From the NCBI RefSeq assembly GCF_007748075.1, contig NZ_CP036280.1, positions 270,001 through 302,000 of the forward strand: 32,000 nt of DNA. The letters are read 5' to 3'. Below are positions 25,715 to 32,000 of the stretch, one piece after another. How positions within the stretch are numbered: the stretch's first letter is position 1; each line of letters begins with the position of its first letter. A program made the position numbers and the translations under genes. Under the pieces are notes generated by a model. That model worked only from the letters and a program-made list of their open reading frames with translations, made no database searches and had not been told where the DNA came from. Source of the stretch: Mucisphaera calidilacus. Its GTDB lineage: Bacteria; Planctomycetota; Phycisphaerae; Phycisphaerales; Phycisphaeraceae.

Positions 25715-25741
25715 GAGCGTTTCCTCGCTTGGGTTCGTTGA

Positions 25742-27076
25742 TCAGTGACGTCTTCTGAGTGTAACGAGGGCGAGGAGTGCGAGGGAGGCTGAGGCGGGTT
25801 CGGGGAGGAAAGCGGTCTTGTTGAAATTGGACGCGAGGACGGAGAGGTCGAGGAGGTTGGTGTTGTGGTCGCCGTTGAAGTCGGCACCGGACCACCCTCC
25901 GCCGGCGGTGTTGAAGCTGGCGGCGAGCGCGGAGAGGTCGAGGAGGTTGACGGTGCCGTCGAGGTTGGCGTCGCCTGCGATGGTGCCGTAGACGCGTTGG
26001 ATCCAGTGTTCAAGGTCATTGGCGTCGTGGCTGCCGTCGCCGTTGGCGTCGAACTGCTGGAGGTAGGGAGCGAGTGAGAGGAAGGAGGCGATGAGCAGGT
26101 CGGGGTCGTCGGCGTCGAGGTTGCCGTCGTTGTCGTAGTCGAAGAAGTCGAGGGAGGTGGCCCAACCGATGTCGTCGAGACCGGCGGCGTCGAGGTCGGT
26201 GAAGAGCTTGCGGTCGCCGATGGTGATGTCGGGGTCCATGGCGGTTTCCTGGGCGAAGATGGAGCCGTAGATGGTGCTGTCGGTGCCGGCCTGCCAGTGT
26301 GCGTTGTCTTCGGTGTGGACGGGGATGGTGGAGCCGAAGCTGGCGACGGAGGCGGTTCCGGTGAAGGCGCTGCTGGTGATGAGGTTTTTCCACTCGGTCG
26401 CGCCGAAGCCGACGGCGTGGGAGAGTTCGTGGAGCGCGACGGAGTAGAAGTCGGCGGTGCCGGGCGTAGGTTGGGTGGTGTAGTCGTAGGACCAGTCGGT
26501 GGAGTTGTCGCTGTCGAAGGTGATGGACCCGCCCCATCGCGCGAAGCCTGAGGGCTCGCCTCGGGTGGTGACGTCGCTGATGAAGCTCTGGCTGATGGCG
26601 TCGATCTCGTCGATTTCGGCCTGGGTGAAGAATCCGGAGGGCGAGACGCTGTAGCCGAAGCCGCCTGCGCCGCCGACGCCGAGGGTGTCGCCTGAGAGGC
26701 TTCGGCCGCCGGCGTAGATGCGGTATTCGTCCTGGGCGATGTCGAGGTTCAAGAGTGAGGTGCTGGCACCGGTGCCGGGGTGGCTGATGACGGCTTCCCA
26801 CTCGTAGGTGACGATGCCGTTGAAGGACTGGCTTTCGTAGGTCTCGGGTGTGCTGATGGGGTCGAAGGAGTCGGTGAGGATACTTGAGAGGTAGTGTGCG
26901 GCGGCTTCGAGTGAGGCCTTGGCCTGGAGTCCGGCGCTGAGCCCGTCGGGGTTGCCGGCGCCGAAGAAGTTGCTGGAGTCGTAGGTGTAGTCGATGACGA
27001 GGTTGACGGCGGATGCGGTGGGGGCGGCTGCGAGTGAGAGGGCGCAGGCGGCGTAGAGGCTGGCGGTTCGCGTCAT
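25742..27076 (-). CDS. Secreted putative zinc metalloprotease with dockerin-like repeats and a PEP-CTERM anchor
   Basis: Signal peptide MTRTASLYAACALSLAAAPTASA. HExxH motif in ALHELSHAVGFG. Dockerin/EF-hand-like repeats DANGDGSHDANDL, GDANLDGTVNLLDLSALA and DFNGDHNTNLLDLSVLA. C-terminus LPEPASASLALLALVTLRRRH. Confidence 0.75.
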   Translation of the reverse strand: MTRTASLYAACALSLAAAPTASAVNLVIDYTYDSSNFFGAGNPDGLSAGLQAKASLEAAAHYLSSILTDSFDPISTPETYESQSFNGIVTYEWEAVISHPGTGASTSLLNLDIAQDEYRIYAGGRSLSGDTLGVGGAGGFGYSVSPSGFFTQAEIDEIDAISQSFISDVTTRGEPSGFARWGGSITFDSDNSTDWSYDYTTQPTPGTADFYSVALHELSHAVGFGATEWKNLITSSAFTGTASVASFGSTIPVHTEDNAHWQAGTDSTIYGSIFAQETAMDPDITIGDRKLFTDLDAAGLDDIGWATSLDFFDYDNDGNLDADDPDLLIASFLSLAPYLQQFDANGDGSHDANDLEHWIQRVYGTIAGDANLDGTVNLLDLSALAASFNTAGGGWSGADFNGDHNTNLLDLSVLASNFNKTAFLPEPASASLALLALVTLRRRH

Positions 27077-27251
27077 GGTTCTCGTTCCTCCGAGCGTGCT
27101 GGTGTGTTGGATGAGGCGGCGTGTCTCAAGGTAAGGATACCCCAGGGTTGGCGTGGGGCCTCGGAAAAGGGTTGTACGGGGGTTAAAAACGGGTGTGTGT
27201 GCGGCTTGAGCGGGTTTTACGGCGGGACATCGGAGGCTCTACACTGTTGGC

Positions 27252-27671
27252 ATGGCCAGTGCACCGAAAACGACTGAAGACGGGCAGGGGGGTGGTTCGG
27301 GTGGTCGCAAGACGCAGCAGCGGGACGTGATCCGTCGTGTGCTGGAGGATGCGGGGCGTCCGCTGGCGGTGGGTGAGATTCTGGAGGCGTCGGGTGCGGT
27401 GCTGCCGAGCGTGGGGCAGGCGACGGTGTACCGGACGATTCGGTATTTCGATGAGCGTGGTTTGTTGACGCCTATTGAGTTGCCGGGCGAGCCGACGCGT
27501 TATGAATGGAAGCGATCGGATGCGCACGCGCACTTTACGTGCGAGGTTTGTGGTCGGACGTTTTGTGTGGACGCGGAGCGTGTGGCGGTGACGGTGCGTT
27601 TGCCTGCGGGCTTTGAGGCGGGCGAGCAGCAGGTGTTCCTGCGGGGTTGTTGCCCGGACTGCGCGGAGTGA
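27252..27671 (+). CDS. Fur-family metalloregulator (Fur/Zur/PerR type)
   Basis: TQQRDVIRRVLEDAGRPL winged-helix region, ATVYRTIRYFDERGLL recognition helix, and HAHFTCEVCG ... CCPDC metal sites. Confidence 0.85.
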   Translation: MASAPKTTEDGQGGGSGGRKTQQRDVIRRVLEDAGRPLAVGEILEASGAVLPSVGQATVYRTIRYFDERGLLTPIELPGEPTRYEWKRSDAHAHFTCEVCGRTFCVDAERVAVTVRLPAGFEAGEQQVFLRGCCPDCAE

Positions 27672-27719
27672 ACCAAGGTCATTGCGATGGCGGGGCGGGT
27701 GAACATCGGTCGCGCGATT

Positions 27720-27733
27720 GATAGAGATCTATC
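27720..27733. promoter_or_regulatory. Candidate operator: inverted repeat GATAGA-ga-TCTATC in an AT-rich patch
   Basis: Perfect 6-bp arms separated by 2 bp. It lies 49 nt after the Fur-family stop and about 107 nt upstream of the next gene's ATG. Confidence 0.3.
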
Positions 27734-27839
27734 CGGAGATTTTGCGCGACACTAACCATGGATTTGGGGGGGGGCTTATGCTCGCCGCGTTCTTGTTGTC
27801 GAGACGATTTCCCTTACATCTCAGAGGAGCAGACAGAAG

Positions 27840-29534
27840 ATGAAGACTTCGACGCGTATCGCGATGTTGGCGGCGATGGCCGCGGGTTCGGCGGGCCTTG
27901 AGGCTCGTGCGGCTCAGCCTTTCGGCCTGGTTGAGTTGAGCACTTATGCGCACACCGAGAATTTTGACGTGGGTGCGTCGGAGATCGCGTCGTATGACGC
28001 GGCGACGCAGCGGCTGTTCGTGATCAACGGAGAGACGGCGACGGTGGACGTGCTGGACATCTCTGACCCGACGTCGCCCGCGGCGTTGAGCGGTCTGGTT
28101 GTGGGTGCGGGCGAGCTGACGAGCACGGCGGTTTACAACAACGTGATCGCGGTGACGGCGAGCCTGGGTGATGGTCTGAACGGCACGCTAAGCTTCTTTG
28201 ACGCGACGACGCTGACGCAGATCGGTTCGACGTTTGAGGTGGACGCGACGCCTGACATGGTGACGTTCACGCCTGACGGCAACAAGATTCTGCTCGCGCA
28301 CGAGGGCGAGCCGGACTACGACGCGAATCTGGATCCCGAGGGTTCGATCGGTATTTTCAACGTTGCGGGTGGCGTAAGTCCGGCGACGGTTGCGGGCCTG
28401 GGCAGTGGTGATCTGCAGCTGGCGACGTTCAACGCTTTCGATGGCGACAAGGCTTCGCTGATCGGCGACGGTGTGCGTATCTACGGCAACCCGAAGGACG
28501 AGAACAGCGCGGACCTGGTGACGGTTTCGCAGGACGTTGAGCCCGAGTTCATCACGATCTCGCCTGACTCGACGACGGCGTGGGTGACGCTTCAGGAGAA
28601 CAACGCGCTGGCGATCGTGGACCTGACGACCGACACGGTGACGGACATTGTTCCGCTGGGCGTGAAGGATCACAGCGTTGCGGGTCAGGGCCTCGACGCG
28701 TCGGACAGGGACGACAAGATCAACATCACGACGCACCCGGTGTTCGGCATGTACATGTCGGATGCGATCGCGAATTTTCAGGCGGGCGGCCAGACCTACC
28801 TCGTCATGGCGAACGAGGGCGATGACCGCAGCGGCGAGGACGAGCGTATCGGTGACCTGTATGACGACGGCCTGATCGACGCGAGCAAGTTCGATGATCC
28901 GGACACGCTGTTCGCGAAGGAGAACCTGGGTCGGCTGAACGTGTCGACGGTGAACGCGGACACGGACGGCGACGGTCTGATCGACGTGCTCAACGCCTTT
29001 GGTGCTCGGTCGTTCACGATCCGCGACGAGGCGGGCAACATCGTGTTTGATTCGGGCGACATGATCGAGAAGATGATCGCGGAGGAGATTCCGCTTTACT
29101 TCAACGCGGACAACGACAACGCGGAGTTCGACACCAAGAGCGACTCGCAGGGTCCCGAGCCCGAGGGCATCACGGTCGGCGTGGTAGACGGCCGTACGCT
29201 GGTGTTCGTGGGCATGGAGGACGTGAGCGGCATCATGGTGTTTGACGTCACCGATCCGACGGACGTTCAGTACCAGAGCTACTACAACGACCGCGACTTC
29301 ACGGCGCAGCACGATGATGACGAGCCTGATTTTGACCTCGGTGCGCTGGGCCACACGGGTCCTGAGGGCCTGGTGTTCATCGATGCGGCGGACAGCCCGA
29401 CGGGCGTGCCGATGCTGATCGTCAGCTACGAGGTGACGGGCACGACGGGGATATATCAGATCACGCAGGTTCCGGAGCCTGCGTCGCTGACGCTGCTCGG
29501 TCTGGGTGGTCTGGCGATGACCCGCCGTCGCTGA
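27840..29534 (+). CDS. Secreted choice-of-anchor-I-like (phytase/esterase-like beta-propeller) protein with a PEP-CTERM anchor
   Basis: Signal peptide MKTSTRIAMLAAMAAGSAGLEARA and GAGGAG RBS. Motifs GASEIASYDAATQRLFVINGETATVDVLDISDPTSP and EPEGITV ... PEGLVFI. C-terminus VPEPASLTLLGLGGLAMTRRR. Confidence 0.7.
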   Translation: MKTSTRIAMLAAMAAGSAGLEARAAQPFGLVELSTYAHTENFDVGASEIASYDAATQRLFVINGETATVDVLDISDPTSPAALSGLVVGAGELTSTAVYNNVIAVTASLGDGLNGTLSFFDATTLTQIGSTFEVDATPDMVTFTPDGNKILLAHEGEPDYDANLDPEGSIGIFNVAGGVSPATVAGLGSGDLQLATFNAFDGDKASLIGDGVRIYGNPKDENSADLVTVSQDVEPEFITISPDSTTAWVTLQENNALAIVDLTTDTVTDIVPLGVKDHSVAGQGLDASDRDDKINITTHPVFGMYMSDAIANFQAGGQTYLVMANEGDDRSGEDERIGDLYDDGLIDASKFDDPDTLFAKENLGRLNVSTVNADTDGDGLIDVLNAFGARSFTIRDEAGNIVFDSGDMIEKMIAEEIPLYFNADNDNAEFDTKSDSQGPEPEGITVGVVDGRTLVFVGMEDVSGIMVFDVTDPTDVQYQSYYNDRDFTAQHDDDEPDFDLGALGHTGPEGLVFIDAADSPTGVPMLIVSYEVTGTTGIYQITQVPEPASLTLLGLGGLAMTRRR

Positions 29535-29563
29535 GACGGCATCTGATCCGATTCTGAGCCATG

Positions 29564-29594
29564 CAGCCCCGGCCTTGTGTCGGGGCTGTTTTTT
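29564..29594 (+). terminator. Intrinsic terminator
   Basis: Stem CAGCCCCG (29564-29571) / CGGGGCTG (29581-29588), 9-nt loop, then T6. Confidence 0.75.
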
Positions 29595-29734
29595 GGAATT
29601 GAAGTGTTTGCTTCGCGTTATGGTTCGATTTAGTCTAATGCGTGAAGACGTTCTGCGACGATAGACCTATAACTGGCTAGATATAGTTTGGGTACGTTTA
29701 CGTTTACACCTTCTTCCATTAAGGGAGCATCACG

Positions 29735-30283
29735 ATGATTCGCAGTAGCCTGTTTGTTGCCGGTCTCGCCACCAGCCTGGTCGCTTTGGGTGGTTGCTCG
29801 GCCCCTGAGCCGACGAGTGAGAAGATTGACGCGTTGACGACCAAGGCCGAGAAGGCCAAGGCGGAGCTGATCGAGGAGGATGCCAAGGTTGCGGACCTGT
29901 TCAGCAACGCCGTTGGCTACGCGATCTTCCCCGACGTGACCAAGGGTGCGTGGGGCTTCAGTGGTGCCCGTGGCATCGGCTTGGTTTACGAGGGCAGCAG
30001 CCCGACGGCGACGAGCTGTGTCGGTCACGGCGGCATCGGTTTTGGTCTGGGTGGCGGGACGTACAAGTACGTTCTGTTCTTCAACACGCAGGAGGCGTAT
30101 GACGCTTTCTACAGCGGCAAGTTCGGCTTCAATGCCTCGGCGACCGCGGTTGCCGGCCCGCACGGCAAGAGTGCTGACGCTGATTTCTTCAAGGACGTGA
30201 TCATCATCTCGAACGAGAATGTTGGTCTGTTCGCGAACGCCGAGATCGGCCTGCACGGCTTCGACACCGAGCCGATCGACTGA
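29735..30283 (+). CDS. Lipoprotein with a SYLF (Ysc84/DUF500) lipid-binding domain
   Basis: Lipobox VALGGC and AAGGGAG RBS. Motifs GYAIFPDVTKGAWGFSGARGIGLVY and GGIGFGLGGGTYKYVLFF. Confidence 0.7.
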   Translation: MIRSSLFVAGLATSLVALGGCSAPEPTSEKIDALTTKAEKAKAELIEEDAKVADLFSNAVGYAIFPDVTKGAWGFSGARGIGLVYEGSSPTATSCVGHGGIGFGLGGGTYKYVLFFNTQEAYDAFYSGKFGFNASATAVAGPHGKSADADFFKDVIIISNENVGLFANAEIGLHGFDTEPID

Positions 30284-30315
30284 TCCGCCCGGAAGAACTT
30301 GATTGCATGACGCAG

Positions 30316-30345
30316 CACGCCTCCTGACGGGGGCGTGTTGTTTTT
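30316..30345 (+). terminator. Intrinsic terminator between convergent genes
   Basis: Stem CACGCCTCC (30316-30324) / GGGGGCGTG (30329-30337), tgac loop, then ttgttttt. It overlaps the TAA stop of the minus-strand kinase gene. Confidence 0.65.
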
Positions 30346-31828
30346 AGGCGGCGTTTCGGTGGTCGTTCTGCCTGGCCCACTGGCTGCACCGAGCGATGAG
30401 GTGTTTGGCGTTGATGGGCTTGGAGAGGTAATCGTCGCAGCCGGCGTCGAGGCATTTCTGGCGGTCGGTGTCCATGACGTGCGCGGTGAGGGCGAGGATG
30501 GGGCCGGCGTAGTGGCTGGCCCGGAGTCGTCGTGTGGCCTGGTAGCCATCGAGGACGGGCATCTGCATGTCCATGAGGATGACGTGGGGGTGCTGATCGG
30601 CGGGTGTGTTCTCGATCGTCTGCACGGCGAGGAGGCCGTTGTCGCAGAGGGTGACGTCGGCCCCGGCCTTGCGCAGGTGGTGGGCGATGAGTCGCTGGTT
30701 GTCGGGTCCGTCCTCGGCGAGGAGGACGCGTCGATTCATGAGTGAGACGTCGCAGGTGGTGGGGGTGTTTTCGCAGCTGCGCCGCCGGTTCTCGCGTTCC
30801 AGCTCGGTGAGGATGTCGTCGGGGGCGATCATCTGGGCGTGGCTCAGGTCGCCGGTGTGCACGGTCAGGGTAAAGGTGCTTCCCTTGTCTTTGGTGGAGG
30901 CGATATCGATGCGTCCGCCGAGCAGTCGGGCGAGGCTGTTGGAGATGGAGAGTCCGAGACCGGTTCCGCCGAAGCGTCGCGACATGCTCGAGTCGGCCTG
31001 GGTGAATGCCTGGAAGCTGTTGAGTTGTTGGAGTTGTCCAGCCGTCATGCCGATGCCGGTGTCCCGGATGCTGAAGCTGAGCGTCTGTGTCGCAGCTTCG
31101 CAGCTGGCGACGATGTCGACGCTGCCGTGGGCGGTGAACTTGATGGCGTTGCCGATGATGTTGATGAGCACCTGCCTGAGGCGTGTGGGGTCGGTCTGGA
31201 TGATGGCGGGCAGGCTGCTGATAAAGCTCGAAGTGAGTTGGATCTGCTTGTCGTCGGCTCGCGGCTTCATGATCGCGACGACGTCGCTGAGGAGCCGGAC
31301 GGGGTTGGTGTCGATCATCTCGACGGACATGCGTCCGGCCTCGATCTTGGACATATCGAGGATGTCGTTGATGACGCTGAGCAGGTGGTTGGCGTTGTTG
31401 TGGATGGTGTGGGCGATGCGTCCGACTTGATCGGCGTCGTGTTCGATATCGATCTCGTTGTTGAGCAGTTCGGCGTAGCCAAGGATCGCGGTCATGGGTG
31501 TGCGGATCTCGTGGCTCATGTTGGCGAGGAACTCGGACTTGGCGCGGCTGGCGGCCTCGGCCTGATCGCGTGCGATGCGCATCTGCTCCTCGGCGATCGT
31601 TCGTTCGGTGATCTCGCGTCGCAGAGCCTCGTTGGCCTGCGCGAGTTCCATGGTCCGCTCGCGGATGGTCTGCTGCATGACGATGTTGGACTCGAACATG
31701 GCGTAGGCGCTGCCGGCGTTGTCGACGGTGCGTTCGATGCGGTCCATCATGGCGAGGTTCATGCGTTCGAGACGCTGAATATGTTCCCGCAGCTCGCGGA
31801 CCTCCTGGCTGTCGTCGTGCTGGTTCAT
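30344..31828 (-). CDS. Hybrid sensor histidine kinase / response regulator (HisKA + HATPase_c + REC), cytoplasmic
   Basis: H-box FLANMSHEIRTPMTAILGY. N/G boxes NIIGNAIKFT, DTGIGM and GGTGLGLSIS. C-terminal receiver VLLAEDGPDNQ ... ILMDMQMPVLDG ... LSKP. No TM segment; coiled-coil N-terminus. Confidence 0.9.
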   Translation of the reverse strand: MNQHDDSQEVRELREHIQRLERMNLAMMDRIERTVDNAGSAYAMFESNIVMQQTIRERTMELAQANEALRREITERTIAEEQMRIARDQAEAASRAKSEFLANMSHEIRTPMTAILGYAELLNNEIDIEHDADQVGRIAHTIHNNANHLLSVINDILDMSKIEAGRMSVEMIDTNPVRLLSDVVAIMKPRADDKQIQLTSSFISSLPAIIQTDPTRLRQVLINIIGNAIKFTAHGSVDIVASCEAATQTLSFSIRDTGIGMTAGQLQQLNSFQAFTQADSSMSRRFGGTGLGLSISNSLARLLGGRIDIASTKDKGSTFTLTVHTGDLSHAQMIAPDDILTELERENRRRSCENTPTTCDVSLMNRRVLLAEDGPDNQRLIAHHLRKAGADVTLCDNGLLAVQTIENTPADQHPHVILMDMQMPVLDGYQATRRLRASHYAGPILALTAHVMDTDRQKCLDAGCDDYLSKPINAKHLIARCSQWARQNDHRNAA

Positions 31829-32000
31829 GCTGCGTCCCCGATCGCGACGCCCGTCATGGTCTGGTTGACGTGTAGCCCGTTGTACTGCTCGCCATAGGTT
31901 GAGAACCCGACGACGGGTAGGCTGTGGAACGCCCGCCCCGCCTCAGCGAGTGTGCCGTTTTTCTGTGACTCCAGTCGCCGCATGATGCAGTCGAAGGCGA
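31825..32000 (-). CDS. FIST-domain sensor protein, C-terminal fragment (5' part lies outside the window)
   Basis: My translation of the minus strand is ...AFDCIMRRLESQKNGTLAEAGRAFHSLPVVGFSTYGEQYNGLHVNQTMTGVAIGDAA*. The GFSTYGEQ ... HNQT-like pattern is typical of FIST_C. Its TGA overlaps the ATG of the kinase gene (ATGA). Confidence 0.5.
   Translation of the reverse strand, partial: AFDCIMRRLESQKNGTLAEAGRAFHSLPVVGFSTYGEQYNGLHVNQTMTGVAIGDAA

Noticed and set aside
25496-25741. 81-aa acidic + strand ORF (…EEVDDSAEEGEEEDEDDPDG…)
   Set aside because: It is the antisense of the better-supported 55-aa PLDc_N-type membrane protein gene, which has an RBS, TM helices and family-like motifs.
27729-27953. 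74-aa minus-strand ORF spanning the fur-to-propeller intergenic region
   Set aside because: It overlaps the RBS and signal peptide of the + strand gene, has no RBS of its own, and has a basic low-complexity composition.
1-32000. tRNA, rRNA, tmRNA or known riboswitch genes in the intergenic regions
   Set aside because: By eye I could recognise no cloverleaf-compatible segments or conserved riboswitch cores in the intergenic regions. A covariance-model scan (tRNAscan-SE or Infernal) would be needed to exclude them formally.

Overview
This is a high-GC bacterial chromosomal window. All calls are motif recognition by eye on the supplied ORF translations; no database search was possible. Three secreted proteins carry PEP-CTERM sorting tails, alongside dockerin-like repeats and a choice-of-anchor-I-like domain. 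That suggests a PVC-group (Planctomycetota/Verrucomicrobiota-like) organism, at low confidence. I support about 29 protein genes. Housekeeping: icd, leuA, dps, an NAD-dependent sugar epimerase, a GH38 alpha-mannosidase, a Fur-family regulator and a PIN-PhoH ATPase. One minus-strand cluster looks osmoadaptive: an MscS-like channel, a SAM methyltransferase, a betaine-type ABC ATPase, a fused permease/binding protein and a secreted protein. One plus-strand operon encodes a ROK kinase, a SIS isomerase and an M19 dipeptidase. A FIST sensor gene overlaps a hybrid histidine kinase gene at the right edge. The standout is 12150-13894. A REP-associated tyrosine transposase (RAYT, IS200-like Y1 HUH) gene sits inside about 23 head-to-tail copies of one 55-bp unit (a 10-bp hairpin plus a G-rich tail). 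The arrays have the same orientation on both sides, and the upstream one contains a perfect 385-bp (7-unit) duplication. This is not a CRISPR array and differs from the textbook REP/RAYT layout. Other notable items: (1) an in-frame TGA replacing the second Cys of a CxxC zinc-ribbon motif at 664-666; (2) a Leu-rich leader peptide plus intrinsic terminator directly upstream of leuA; (3) a C10 tract inside a putative promoter spacer of a PEP-CTERM pentapeptide-repeat gene, and a G9 tract upstream of another PEP-CTERM gene; (4) a 55-aa PLDc_N-type membrane protein gene missing from the ORF track. Many long ORFs in the track are antisense shadows typical of GC-rich DNA and are rejected.
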